From contig NC_058368.1 of assembly GCF_018350175.1 (NCBI RefSeq), positions 147,500,001 through 147,564,000 of the forward strand: 64,000 nt of DNA. The letters run 5' to 3'. Positions 37,991-52,049 of the stretch are shown here, in pieces. The position numbers and the translations under genes are program-made. Under the pieces are notes generated by a model that did not search any database, had not been told where the DNA came from, and saw only the letters and a program-made list of their open reading frames with translations. How positions within the stretch are numbered: position 1 is the stretch's first letter; each line of letters begins with the position of its first letter. The DNA comes from Felis catus (lineage: Eukaryota).

Positions 37991-39176
37991 TGTTATTAGG
38001 TTATGGGTATTTTATATTTTCTGATAATCAAAAGTGAATTTTTGGCTCCAATTTTACTCTTGCTTTATGAAGCGCTGGAATAGACTGTGGCAACAGTTTA
38101 AGCCAAACAACACAGGAGCTCATGTTCTTGCACAAGATAATATTGGTTAAACAAACAAGAGGTCTGTGTTTGTTAGAATACCTGCATATCACTCCTAAAC
38201 TGATAATATTCTACATTGTTTCTGTGATTTGGGGAACTGGGCATCATTTCAATGCTTCATGTTAAGAGCTGGAAGGAAAATTACATTATGTCAACATGAC
38301 CCACTCCCAATTTGTGATCATTTTATTTTTCCAGTATTGATGTTTTCCTCTTAAGCTTGAGGGAAAAAATAGTGCATGTAATTGAGGATTTGAGACAATT
38401 TAAAAATCATCACTTCAAATTAAAAACAAAACAAAATAAAATAGCCTCTCTATCTAGGACAGAGATCATCTAGGTTTTGCCAGATTTTTAACTCCAGGGA
38501 ATATTGTTGACATTCTCAGTCTGCCATGGTTCATCAGAACATGGTAGGTCTTTAACAAAGACAGATGTCTGCCCGACCTTCTGCACTAAGTGCTGATCCC
38601 CAATTAACGTATCTTTTGCCAACCACTTGATGTTCACACAGATATCAATGATCACTGTCAATCCTATGCCAAGATTTCCTTCATGCAAAATCATTCACAG
38701 TTAGGGCTTCTGTAATCAATATAATGGGTCACCAATAGCTATAGTCACCACCATAGCTAACTACTCTATATCTGCTCAGTGAAACTATTTTGTTTTAAAG
38801 AACTGTCCCTTTGGGCCTTGAACTGCCCATGTCACACAAAAATTAATATATTAACAAGATAATGCTAGGAAATTAGGCTGATTGACTCACTGCATCAGTC
38901 AATATGTTTTCAATGATAGTCTACTCTTTTACAGAAGCTCTGAAGGAAAATGGGAAACAAAATAAATGGTTCTTGTCTTTGAGAAACAGTATTTTTTTTT
39001 TGAGAATATGAGAAATTAGGTGACTTAGGGGAAGGAATTCAGAAATATTTAGTGTTTAAATGACCTTAAAGTTAACACCTTTAAAACAAGAAGAAAAATC
39101 AAACTGACCTGAATAATCTGGGATCTGGGATAGTATTTAGTAGGCAGAAGTTCATATTCTTCAATTAAGAATGAGA

Positions 39177-39415
39177 GGGGCCCCTGGGTGGCGCAGTCGG
39201 TTAAGCGTCCGACTTCAGCCAGGTCACGATCTCGCGGTCCGTGAGTTCGAGCCCCGGGTCAGGCTCCGGGCTGATGGCTCTGAGCCTGGAGCCTGTTTCC
39301 GATTCTGTGTCTCCCTCTCTCTCTGCCCCTCCCCCATTCATGCTCTCTCTCTGTCCCAAAAAATAAATAAACGTTGAAAAAAAAATTTAAAAAAAAATTA
39401 AAAAAAATTAAAAAA
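39177..39415 (+). mobile_element. Young felid CanSINE (SINEC_Fc-type)
   Basis: CpG-rich head, long patterned A tail, TSD 'aagaatgaga' at 39167-39176 and 39416-39425. Confidence 0.97.
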
Positions 39416-39940
39416 AAGAATGAGAAGAAAAAATAAAACAAAAAATGATAGACATGAAATTAAGAAAGACTGTTTCCTTCTATACAACAAATTAAATATA
39501 CAAAAGTAGCATTTAACAAGAGTTGAACATGGTATGGTTAACATCTTTATGATGATGTGAGATATAAGGGTTCAGTGTCCAGCACTCCACAATTTATAGT
39601 CTACATAGTCAATCAAAAATTCCGAAGGTTGGGAGACAATTCTCCATCAGGCTCACAGACATCTTGCAAACAGAGGCACTAATTAATCTTTGTAAGGCTA
39701 TTATTGTAGCAAAAAGCATTGGAAGATATACATAGCACCTCCATCCATTGTATTTAGATTCCTTAACCTCAGATTTCCTCTCCTATAATACATAAAGATT
39801 CTATAGCACATAATTGCAATAATAAGATTATAATGATTGTGTTTTGTTATTTGTTCATGATTGAACTTCATTGTAATGCCCTAGATATCTATACATAACT
39901 GATGATAGCATATATCTATATTCTCAAAATATATTATTAT

Positions 39941-40148
39941 AGGGCACCTGGGTGGCTCAGTTGGTTAAATATCCAACTCTTGATTTCAGCTCAGGGCATG
40001 ACCTTGTAGTTTCATGAGTTTGAGCCCCAGATAGAGCTGTGTGCTGACAGCACGGAGGCTGTTTGACATTCCCCCCCACCCTCTGCTACTCCCCTGCTCA
40101 CACTCTGTATTTCTCAAAAATAAGTAATAAATTAAAAAACACTTAAAA
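39941..40148 (+). mobile_element. CanSINE (older)
   Basis: 'agggcacctgggtggctcagttggttaa...'; degenerate AT-rich TSD. Confidence 0.92.
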
Positions 40149-41156
40149 ATATCATTATAGCCATTATTATAATACATATTTTCGCATAATATATGAATAT
40201 TCTAGTTTATTTTTAATGCTAATTGAACAGCCCCTTATTCTGAATTAGAGATACTTTTGGTTTTTATACAATCATTTTCATCTAATATTAAATTTGTTCT
40301 TATTCAAAAGCCAATATATAAAAAGCATCTGCTCTATTCCTGATACTATACTAGGCATGAGGCATACCTAGATGACTAAGATACTGTCCCTGTCTTCACT
40401 ATTATCACTTTTTAGCACAGAAAACTATTCTTTTGTAAGATAAATTTTATCTTGTTATAATTTGATAGAAGACATAATAGAGGATTGAAAACCCAGTATA
40501 AAAGCATATCTAAGGGAGTAAGTCATTTTCCATGGATGACTGTGTGAGAAGAGGGTAATGTGAAATAATGTAGTATCATAGTGAAAGGATTTGTAATTTT
40601 GAAGTTTCTTTAAGAAATCAAGCAGAGAAGGCTGATAAAGTTAAGGATGAGAAAGGCTTTCTGACAGAGGAACTACACACACACACAGACTTAAAAGCAT
40701 AAAAACAAAATGAGAACCTAATGGGTAATAAATTTCCTGGTTTAGCAAGACTATACATTTTTTGTTTGTAAATCATTCAAAGATGAAGGGGCAAAAATTA
40801 ATTGGGGAGATATCTTTAAGGACATTGTGCTTTAAATGCTAAGGTGTTTGGATATTTTCTCTGCAATAATAGGAAGTCACTACAGGTATTTGTATAAAGA
40901 GGGATTTGCTGATTTTTTTGTGTTAGGAAAAATTTGTATTATTGCTGTATAGAGTTTGGATCAGAAAGAGAAGAGATAACAGATAGAAAACTATTACAAC
41001 TTCTTGTGTTCAATGAGAGAATGCTTCCGGTCATCTAGTTTCATGTTTAGAATTGCTTCTCTTGAATTTTTTTAGAAAGCAATTATTAAAGAAAATTTTT
41101 GTAACATAAAAATATGTCTATATTAATTCATAGTCAGTGTCTTCTGACGTGTAGGA

Positions 41157-42270
41157 TCAGGGACAAGACAAATATATCCATTATCACTATTACTAGTTAG
41201 CACTGTTTTGGAGGTAGTGTCCAATATAATCAGACAGGAGAAAAAACTCAAGGACAAAAAATATAAGACAGAAGTAAAATTATCACTATTTGCAAATGAC
41301 ATGGTAGGATTCATAGAAAACTGTAAAATAATCAACCAAAGGAAAATTTTAAAACATAAAAACGGATTTTAAAAAATAACTAGAAAGACATATATCATTG
41401 TCAACATAATTAAGGTATGAAGTCAGTCTGAGCTAATTTTTAAATTTAAAATGCATTCAGTCAAAGTGGTATTAAATATTTTGATTGTAAACCAAGTCAT
41501 TCTAAAATTTTGTCAAGAAATACATGAGCTAGAACAGCGAGGGAATTTAGGGGGGAAGCGGGGCATGAAGACTAATGCAGAAGAACTAACCCACACACAT
41601 TAAAATTAATCGTACATTATAATTAAAATTGTGGGTTAAGAACATAGAATGGACAGAATAGGTGTCGTGAAATGGAAACAATGGACAAAAATACATATAA
41701 GAGCTAAATGTGGAAGTATGGCCTTTTCTGACTTGTATAACTAAATAACCATTTGGAAAAAAATGAAAACAATCTATCTACCTTTTTGAATACATTTCAA
41801 TAGTTTAAATGTAATGAACCTATAAATATACAAGAAAGTAAGAGATGAGTACTTTATAAACTCAGAACATTAAAAGCCTTTCTAACAAGGATACAACATG
41901 AAGAACCCAAGAAATAAATGATTGATAAATATGACTAAAATACAGACACATATACTAAACATACAAATGTCAATACCAGAAGCAAAGTCAAAAAACCAAA
42001 ACCTGGTCAAAATTTTCAACTCTTATTATAGGCCATGGACTAATTTTCTTACTATATATTTAGTTAAATTTGACTTCTCATCCAAAATGTACATGTTAAT
42101 AAGAAAGAGACATACCTCTCAATAAAACTGGGCAAAACATGTAAACAGATAATTCTCTGGCAAATAACAATAGCCCTTAAAGTATTTTATATGCTAAACC
42201 TCATCCAAGAGAAATGCACATTAAAATTACACCTAGCACCCATTTCCCCTCCACCTGATTTGCAAATATT
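41157..42270 (+). mobile_element. Ancient L1M ORF2 relic
   Basis: 'tcagggacaagacaa...ccattatcacta...gtaaaattatcactatttgcaaatgacatg' encodes SGTRQ..PLS / VKLSLFANDM RT motifs; strongly decayed downstream. Confidence 0.75.
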
Positions 42271-42873
42271 TTGCTATTTCTTTACATTCCTTGAATGTCT
42301 GAGTTTCCTACGATGTGTATAATGTTGGGGTTAATGGTGAGGTGGTTGTGTAGTGTGGAGGTATGGAAATACATGATGCTGAATCAAACCTCTTTCTCAT
42401 GATTAGAAAAGTTCCTATTGTAGTCATTTTTGAACTCTGTAACACTAGTACAGTGTTCGCAACATACAAGGCAATCAAAAACAACTACAGAGGTGGCAAT
42501 TTTTTTGACACCGTATAGTAAAAGGTCATGATGCCCCCAGAGGCAGTTTGCCAGAGTCCAGGATGTCATTAAATCTGCTCTATTTTTTTCACTAGGAATT
42601 ATATAGGTTTCATTTAGAACATTTAGTAGTAACAAATGGATTACAGGTGCACAAGTTCAAATGTCAGTATCATTTGACAGATTCTAGTCAACTGGAACGA
42701 ACCTTAAGCTCAACTGTTCAAATCAGAAGCATAAGTAGAATGGTGGATGATTTCTGAGATGTAGTTGACAAGAAACAGTTGCAGGAGAAAAAGAAAACAA
42801 AATAATGAAAGAAAATTAGAATGTTCCCCTAAAAATGTGATAATGTGCCTTCACCCATTACAAAGTCATAATG

Positions 42874-43086
42874 GGGGCACCTGAATGGGTCAGTTGGTTA
42901 AGTGTCCAACTGCGGCTCAGGTCATGATTTCGTGGGCCATGGGTTCGAGCTTCATGACGGGCTCTGTACCTGCTCAGAGCTTTGAGCCTGCTTTGGATTC
43001 TGTGTCTCCCTCTCTCTCTCTGGTTCTCCACTGCCCATGCCCTCTCTCTGTCTCTCAAAAATAAATAAACATTAAAAAATAAATAA
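42874..43086 (+). mobile_element. CanSINE (SINEC)
   Basis: Head, CT tract and tail; TSD 'aaagtcataatg'. Confidence 0.95.
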
Positions 43087-46000
43087 AAAGTCATAATGGA
43101 AGCCTCTCTTCTTACCCCAGGGTTCATTTATTGCCTAGAGATGGAGTATAAATACTTTGAGATCCAATCTTCTACAATATAAAAGATTTCCTTAAAGGAG
43201 AATTCACTCCTTATAAATAAAATCTATTTCCAATATTTAAGTTAGAAACCAGTATCGCTCATTTTTAAACAACACAAATTAATTTTTAAAGTATTTGATG
43301 TTTACCTTAGATATTATAGGATTCTCATTCTTTCAAATATTGTAAGCTATTTTCCCTGCTTCAATGCAGTCTTGAGAACTTAGTTAATTGTCACTTTAAT
43401 ATTGTTAATACTTCCTTCAGTTTCTGAAGTTCTCTTGTAAAGAACATATATTACAGAGTTTAAACTTAGGATTTAGAAATCTAAATTTATCAGAAGTAGT
43501 CTTTCAGAAACTCACAGAGCTATGAATCCTTTAAAATATGTTCTTAATTTTGGGGGAAGCTATCTAAATGACACTGATTTTAAATAGTCTGGTTTTCTAT
43601 GGCTCAAGAGGAGGAAAAAAAAGCCAAATTAGGAATAGAAAGAGGGAGAAGCAGAGGTCTCCCCTCTTTCCCAACATATGGGTATAGAATGGATTGAAAG
43701 TAAGTCAATGAATCGCTGATGCCCGCCACGTTCATAGTTAATTCTAGAAAGGGGGTTCCAAATTCCATTTCACCATATACTTCCCCATCCATGACAGTTT
43801 TCTTGCAGTGCCCCCTTTAAAGAAGGAAGAGGCCTCTTTATCTTTAGCCCAGGAAAAATGGACTAGAGAGTGCTGCATTAGCTGAAGGGGTCTTGAATTC
43901 TTTCCAAGCAAAGAGCTTAGTTAGCATCAAACCAAAGCATTCAAATCTTATTTTTAGAGGTTACTCAGTAAGGATGCTGTCTGAGGACTGCTGAGCAAAA
44001 TTTTCAGTTGCTTTAATTAAGGCCATTTTGCACAACAGTTAGGAGAAATGGAGTTTCTTTTCTGTGAGGCTGATGAGGTATATTCTTCTTCTTTGTCATG
44101 TTTCTGTGTCCTGATAATAAGCTTCATAGTTATAAGTCATTTCCATGTGTTCTTGCTTGGGATCTTAGCAAACTGTCCTTCTGGACTGATAGGAAGTGGT
44201 TATATGTTCTACATTGAAGGATAGTATGTATACATTAGAACTACTTTACCAAACTTAAATTACGGTATTTAACTTGCCATATGGAGCTGTGTTATAAATA
44301 CATTGATTGATATCACCGGATGTATAGTATTTCAGAAACCCATCTGTACCCTCTGTTTGTGTTCTATAATATTTGGAAAAACATTCTTCATCTCTTTCTG
44401 TGTAGCAATTTATATTTTGTTTTAGATTTTATTCTCACCTGTATCTTAATATATACATAGTGTATACATAAGTTTCCTATATATATGTATACATATATAT
44501 GTATTCATACATATGAGTACATGTGCATATATAATAAAAATTTCTAAGAAATATATAAAACATAAGCACAATGCATGCATTCACTGATTTAAAACATATA
44601 CCAAACGCAAAACACGTCTAAATTCAAACTTCAGAACAAGTCAAAATATCTGAACAACTGAACTAACCATAGCATTTCTTTTCTTTTAACTCCCAGCGAT
44701 TTAAGCAACAACTGCTGTGTTCAGAGCATTTTTCCTTTCTTTATGAAAACCTTCATAAAAGGCCAAGAAACAAAGATGAAAATTGTTTTATTCTATTTAA
44801 ATGGTTGCCCTGTGGGGAGCAAAGCCTTTTCCACACCCAAAGCATCATAAATCTGTCAGCATTAGAAAACTCCTACAGGTCTGACTCAGGTCCAGGGAGG
44901 CAAAGCTTCTGAAGGCTGCAAGACCTCCAAACTTCTTGAAATAGAAGAAATGTTTCTCTTCTGAATCACCTCCTTAATTTTTTTTTGTTCTTTTTCCTTC
45001 AACTTCCATAATTTTGGTGCCCTTAGCCACTTTAATACCACCTGCCCTAGCTTTCACAGGAATGATAGGATTAACACATCAGGGATGATAGAATCTTTTC
45101 TGTAGTTGTGCTTAGAAACTGTACCTTATATTTAAGCTATTTATATATTTAAATTATTCCAAATGTTATGAGAACCATACTAAATCTTGGAACACCTAGC
45201 AGAAGTATTCTCTAGAATGATAAGATTAAAAATAAAGTGAGAAAAATTCAAAGAGAGATTAATGAATTATGATTTTGGGGGGGGGGAAGCAGAACTGAAA
45301 AGTGAGCTGGTTCTTTTATGAAAACTAATAATATGGTCAAACATATTTAAAAACACATTTAAGAAACGAAAAACAAGAATATAAAATTAGAAATGTCAAA
45401 GTGAATACAGCAGGAGACACAGAGAACTTTTCTTTTTTAAAGATTACAGTACATTTAGATTTAACTTCTGGGACTGGTAAGCTTTATTAGTTTGATTCCT
45501 ACTTATCTTAGGTCAAACACAAGTCTAAAATGAATGGGAGGAAGGGGAAACATGAGAGTCACTAGAGAGGAAAACATAGGCCAACACACAAGTGATGTCT
45601 CTGCCAAGGGATGATGCTGCTAATGTAGTGCTCTGTTTGATATGATGTACGAGTCAGGAAAGGAAGATGCTCCACTGGGTACACAGAGTATACTTTTGGT
45701 AGAAGGCTGGACAATGAACAGGCAATTCCAATGCAGTGTGATGAGCAATACATTGGTGGTGGTGGGGACGGATAGGGGGGCAGTGGGCTGTGGTGTGGAA
45801 GCTGTGTACAGAGAACTATCAGAATCATTCTGCTTCAGATGAGTATGAGGTCGCCTTGATGGCATAGGATCCAGGGAAGGGATAGAGATGAGACTTGACG
45901 AGATTAGGAGAGCCTATAGAATGAAGCACCATCATTCTCTAGAGATAGCTGTCTCTAGCTTGCTTTTTCTTTGGTTGTCTTGAATCAATCTTCCTGAGTG

Positions 46001-46752
46001 TCCTTGATATTTTATAGCATGGCATGGGCTATTACAGCACCCATCCTAGTTACTTAGTGGAAGACTTGAGATTTAAACACCGGTAATTTCACTCCACAGT
46101 GCAACCACACTCAGTCACTATGCTCTGATGTCCAAAATGATGTGTGAGAATACTAATACTCTAGAATAATTGGTGGGATTGACACCAACTAACCAGTGTT
46201 TTTAATCCCTTCAGTGCATATCTGAAAACATAGTGAAATATGCCTGAGCAATAGCATCTAGAAGAAGGCCTGGCAAATATTAGCATTAAATATCCATTTG
46301 TTATGTGAAATGAATATTTTTTAAAAAGGAGTAAAGGACTATTTTTAGCCTTCAAGCAAGTTTATCTTTAACAATGAGGCATATGTTTTAATTTTTTACA
46401 CAGATATTGGAGTACTCCTAGGAAAAATCAAGGTGGCAAAACTGAAGCTCCAACTTTCTGATGTCTATCTAGCTCATTCAATTCCCTTTTTCTCTTTCAT
46501 TAATTTCAGTGCTTTAACCAAGAAGTCTGGATTCTTTCTCTACTGGTTAGTTAATATCAAGCACACACAGTATCCCAAATCCCTACTTCCTCGGGACAAT
46601 TAGGTATCCTTTCAGAGACATCAGAATGAAAATGCATGGGTTTAAATTCCAGCTCTACTAATGGGAACTGGGTATCAATCAGACTGGTTGCTGAGCAGCG
46701 TACTTATGGGGAAACTACTGGAAGGCAAGATATACATATGAGAAGTTGATAT

Positions 46753-47243
46753 TTTAGGGAGACAAATTTTAATGGCTCTCTCTTGTTTCTGCATATCTTG
46801 CAAACAGAGACTATCTAGAGTATCATTGCAATGATGCTTGTGTAGTAAACAGCCTAAGAATATAGGGTATCTCCCTTTGGAAAAAAAGTATAATAAAATA
46901 ACAGTAAAATAAAAACAAAGTCCTCCTCCAGAACAAAGTCCAGGCAAGGTTATCTTATTATCCATTATAAAACTTCCTATTTTCCTGGTTAGGATTTCCT
47001 AAGTGGTAACATGGACCTACTGCATGCACAGCATCCAATTGGATCCCTTTGTGCTGCGCATGTGGGATGTGGGGCAAAGGAACTAACACAAACATGAAAC
47101 TAATGCATACTACACAGTAAATAATAATGCCTTTGTCTCTGATCCAGGAATCTTGCATCTTCTGCCAGCACCCATGAAACTGGCAGGCTAACTTGTTCAC
47201 CCATAAGCAGGATAAAATCTCAGAGTCTTCACAGTTTTTCACA
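46753..47243 (+). mobile_element. ERVL solo LTR, MER68/MER77-like
   Basis: 3' end 'ctttgtctctgatccaggaatcttgcatcttctgccagcacccatgaaactggcaggctaacttgtt...aaaatctcagagtcttcacagtttttcaca'. Confidence 0.75.
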
Positions 47244-47649
47244 GGTTCCTTACTAAAATTAGTAAACCAATCTATTCCTCCACATGCACTTACATATCAT
47301 GAACCAATAGTGCTTTAACAAAATTAGGACTGTATAATTGACAACGATCTCTTCCTATCAAAACAAAAAAGAAAATTCCCTTTCTTCTCCACAATTTTTG
47401 TTTTTGGAAAGCTCCCCTAAATTCCCTAAATTTTTCCATGGGCACTTTCCCTATGCTCTGTTGGATTTTCACATTTATTTCACCTTAGTTTAATACACAC
47501 TTATTGAACAGCGATGGGGATACTGAGTTACAGAGTTTATGACACTGAGTACAGAAGACAGTGAACTGTTCACACTCATATGACATCCCTTAAATCAATT
47601 TTTAATAATTATGTTTAAAAAGCCAAAGCAAAATAAAACTTTTACTCAC

Positions 47650-47709
47650 CCTTGAAAAGTACTAGAACCAAGTATGCCTTGAACTGCACATACGTATTCA
47701 GTAACTGAT
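47650..47709 (-). other. Candidate 60-nt cassette exon
   Basis: Minus strand 'cattctgatttcag|ATCAG...TTCAAGG|gtgagt'; consensus donor, moderate acceptor, length divisible by 3. Confidence 0.25.
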
Positions 47710-47796
47710 CTGAAATCAGAATGTCCTCATGCCTCTCCAGCCTATAGGTCCAATCAGGTCACATTAATATAAATTCCCCAATATTTCTGGCCTGTG

Positions 47797-47832
47797 TTTT
47801 TTTGTTTGTTTGTTTGTTTGTTTGTTTGTTTT
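47797..47832. repeat. (TTTG)n microsatellite
   Basis: Direct reading. Confidence 0.95.
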
Positions 47833-48102
47833 TGGCATAATTTGAGGAAATCAATGTCTACTTCAAAATTCTTCCAAGTTATTTCTGGGAGTCTCTAGAA
47901 GATGTCTGAGGCAAATCATAAAGGTGTCTGCTCTGGTTCTGCATTCCTTTGCAGAACTGCTCCACTGGGCATGCCAGTGGCTAGTGTTACCTCTGTTTTT
48001 CCAGGGCAATCCCTCCTCTCTCATGGCAGGTATGTTGACCCCTGAGCTGCCAAAACTTTACAAATGTCTGGATCAAAGAGTGCGGCTGTTTTAAAATGTA
48101 TA

Positions 48103-48640
48103 TGTTGGAAACAATATGGTAAAGTTGTTGCAGCCACAGGAGGAATCAAGGGCAAGGCCTGTAAGGAAAGAGGTTATTATATTCCCAGGTCCCAGAGAAG
48201 GGAGACAGTATATGCTGCTGAGGACCACAGGAGATGATACCAGCATAGGTCAAGAGGCAGAGGGATACGAGCAAAGGGAGTGCTTAGGCCATGTCCTACA
48301 ATGGGGTTTCCACAGAAAAAGTAATGCAAGGCAGGGTAAACAGTTTATGATTGACTAGTTTGAATAATTTCAGCAGGCGTGGGTGGTTTCTAGTTGCCTA
48401 GCACCTGGCCCTGGGATAATTCAGGCAGAGGAATATTGCCTGCCAGGGTGCACAGGCCACACCGAGGAGATCTGTGGCTCTACACTGGGTAGTTTGCATA
48501 TCAAAGGCATGTTCCCAGCTGGGCCCTTTGCTATCTCTAAGAATTGGCTAACCCTAGGAGGGACAGTCTTTTCCCAACAAGAAAGGTTGCTTAAGACATC
48601 AAAACATCATATTATACAGAAAATAAGAAATATACATATA
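48103..48640 (-). mobile_element. ERVL solo LTR, MER54/MER73/MER74-like
   Basis: 'gctatctctaagaattggctaaccctaggagggacagtc' and 'gactagtttgaataatttcagcaggc' are reverse-complement counterparts of motifs in the LTR at 29410-29912. Confidence 0.7.
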
Positions 48641-50214
48641 TAGGCAGAAAAAGGCCTCTTTCCAACCCTGAATTGTATGTCTGCACATGGACTCTGAATC
48701 CACACTGCTAGTGTCAAACTTTCAAAACTGTCCTTTCTGACAATAGCTTCTTTGCCTTCTGCCCTCATTTGTTCTCCCTGTGATGGGCAAGCTTAGTCCC
48801 TGGGGTCTCGATGAGGAAAGCCATTCTATTATTTGTCATTTTCCTTTTTCTGTGACACATTATCCACATTACAAAATTTTGAAAGCTCTCTTCCCAATAT
48901 CCATGTCATTTCAAGCAAATAGATACAGATATTTAGAACACAGCTGTTTCTCAGATTAAATTCTAATGTTTATTAATTGGTTGTTAAATTTGAGGCGGAG
49001 AAGATCACCTCCCTTTTATGTTTCTAATTCATTGCTTAGGAACCCATCAACTCTTTCTTTAGAACCCCATGAATTATTTATCTAAGTATGTTTGTCACTT
49101 AAACAGTTCAAAGTGGTCATTTCAGCCTCTGCAGATAAACAAAGAAAGCCTTGAATGCCCATCAGCCCACCTTGATATTGCCTTAATATGTTTCTGTTGA
49201 CCTTTTGTTCTATCATAATTAACAGGCCTTTAAACACCCGAGCTGTGATTCTCAGCTGGCCAACGGACCTCCTCCACCCCAGCCAAAGTTGTAGCTCTCA
49301 ATACACAGATTTTTTTAGTTCCCATGAAGAGTCATCTATAAAACCATCACCTAATTCCAGAAGCATCGTCTACAAAAAGATCCAGACAAGAATTTACTCC
49401 CTAGGTCATACAACCTTTTACCCACCCCACCCCCATTCCCCACACTATCTAGTGACGTTTAAGACTTTCATGTTCAACTCTCAAAACACGAAGGGTTTTA
49501 TTGTGTCTTTCTTCTGCACCTTTCTAAAGGAGGCTAACTTTAATGACTCCAAGATAGTTCTCTGGCAATCCTTTCACTAGAAAATAGGAAAAAATACTTT
49601 AATCTCAGGCAGAGTACCCTCGGTCACGGTACCTGTCACACAAGGAGGCTCTGAACAGCAGTTAAGGCTCAGTCTCACCTGACTAAGCATTTATTACTGT
49701 TAACAACATAGCTTCAGCGTTTGACCACTGAGTCAAGAAGAAGTCACAAGATACATCTGAAACCCGGTGGGAGTTCATTTTGATAAGTGTAAAAGATGTG
49801 GACTTCAAGACAGAAAAAGTATATGGAAAGTAATACAGAGGTCTTGCAAGCGAAATAAGGCAGGGTTTAAAGACATGGAAGAATGGTACGTGTGTGAAGT
49901 AGAATACAATGGTGAGAAGTCATTAAATGGAGAGAAGGTATTAACAGATTCTCAAAGCCAATTAAATGAAAAATGAAGTCTAAGCAATTAGCAAAAAATG
50001 ATAGCTATAATCTAGGAATGTGGTTGAAGATTAAAATGAAAATGAGGTTATATGTAAATTAGCTCTAAGGGTCACGAGCTTAGAGAGGAACCCTTCGGTA
50101 TTATATAGAAGCTCTGTTATAGTAAAAATAAATAGGACTCAGCCTGGGATGGAGACAGGGGAAGCAAAAAGTACTGATTTTCTGCCAAGGAGCTGTCTCG
50201 CTGTATCACTTGAC

Positions 50215-50827
50215 AGCTGTGACTGACAGTCCAGTTTACCTGGGATGGTCTTACTATTTCTTATTTTATTTGAAGAATTAAAGAGAATTTTATTGTTGAT
50301 AGTACAGAAAAATTTAAGAATCTCAAAAGATACAAATGTAATTTATTAGACATTTAAAGTTTTCTGGAAAACCTGAAAATATTTTGTTTTTTATAAAGAT
50401 AAATTTAAAAATATTTCCTTTAAAAATTGCAGCTAAAAATTAAATATAGTTAACCAACCTATATTTAAGGCCACTTTAAATATAATAAAGTTTACTACAA
50501 TTATGCATTAGAATATATCTGATTTAAAATTAAAAGTGAACTAGATTTATGAATCTCCAAATGATAATAAATCTAATACAGATTTTAAAAACTAAAATAA
50601 ATGCAAATAGTATTTTTATTGTACCTGAACGCCAAAACAACTTATTACGAAAAATATACTGTGGTAAAATATTCTAAGAAAAATGAGATAAGTAAGATTA
50701 ATCTGATATAGTTAGGGGAATTGAGGGAATAAAGAAAAACTCTGTAATTACCAGTGTACTTTTTGGAGAAGTTTCTCTCCAGATTTGATAATCAAATAGA
50801 ACTATTATTCAAAATGGTAGTGACCTA
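50215..50827. mobile_element. Possible hAT-Blackjack (MER94/MER81-like) relic
   Basis: 'gtgactgacagtccagtttacctggga' at the left end and 'aatggtagtgaccta' at the right end weakly resemble the family termini; AT-rich interior. Confidence 0.3.
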
Positions 50828-51444
50828 CATTCTTTAAAAGACTTTACTTTCTATAGTTAGATGATAACTTCTTGATGTAAATAAAATACTTACAAATAGT
50901 AATTTTTTTAAGTGGATTTATTTACAGCAACTCTAATTGCTTCCTGAAGATATATTTTTTTTGGTTGCAGGAATTTTTTTTTTTTCCCATTGCATTTCAC
51001 AGTAGTTCTCTTGTAAATTATTTACTTTCAGACTTTACTAGTATCAGAAAAATAAAGGAATATTAAATGATACTGGCTTTGTAATAACACTGCTGATTTG
51101 GGAATAATTTCCACCATAATACTGATTTGTACACTCAGATTCAATTATCTATCTGATCCCCTGGGCTATGTCCCCTTCTGACAAAGCATCTGTGTTGACC
51201 TTTACCCTGTTATGTCCATTATAGATACAAAAAAATGAATTGCTCGAAGCACAACATCAAAGCATTGTTTGATAAAAACACAGAGAAATGGCAGATAGTC
51301 CAAGGTAAATTGTGCGTGCCCCTACATTAAATATACATTGAAAGTATAAAGAGCAATCACTGGATCACCACAGCAATGGGGAAGTACTTAAAAATTGTCA
51401 CAATGTAAAATAAGTTGCTCCTCTATTTACTGAACTTGCACTTT

Positions 51445-51656
51445 TTTTTTTCTTAACGTTTATTTATTTTTGAGACAGAGAGAGACAGAGCATGAATGGG
51501 GGAGGGGCAGAGAGAGAGGGAGACACAGAATCGGAAACAGGCTCCAGGCTCTGAACCATCAGCCCAGAGCCCAACGAGGGGCTCGAACTCACGGACCACG
51601 AGATCGTGACCTGGCTGAAGTCGGACGCTTAACCTACTGCGCCACCCAGGCGCCCC
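51445..51656 (-). mobile_element. Young felid CanSINE (SINEC_Fc-type)
   Basis: CpG-rich; perfect TSD 'tgaacttgcacttt' at 51431-51444 and 51657-51670. Confidence 0.97.
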
Positions 51657-52049
51657 TGAACTTGCACTTTCATATCAAACTAGATAGATAGGGGCTACCT
51701 TTTTAAACTATTAATTGCCTAAGATAAAGACACTAGTAGAAAAGGCAAAAGCTAGGACTGACAGCTAACTTATTGGCAAACTCTGCGAGGATTTTCTACT
51801 AATTACAGGACTCCAACATGTGTAGATCTGGGACAAGAACATAAATGGAGACCCAGAAAATGTGGTAAATTGACTGTAAAAATGGTCTCAATTTTCTGCC
51901 CCCCTTTTTATCCTCACCCTTGCAATTTGAAATTATACATCCTTTCATCAAGAAAAAGTCTCTTGCCCCTCTCTCTCCCTCTCTCAAATAATTAAAACAA
52001 ACAAAAAAGAATATTTCTTCTACTTATATTTAATTCATTTACTATACAT

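Noticed and set aside
38498..38543. Plus-strand 46-nt exon-like segment (ttttaactccag|...ATG|gtaggt)
   Set aside because: Isolated, peptide not recognised, no supporting plus-strand exon chain
43604..43830. 62-aa minus-strand ORF and nearby splice-like sites
   Set aside because: No recognisable product; within chance expectation
45755..45800. G-rich stretch as a G-quadruplex
   Set aside because: Only three runs of three or more G; does not meet the canonical four-run pattern
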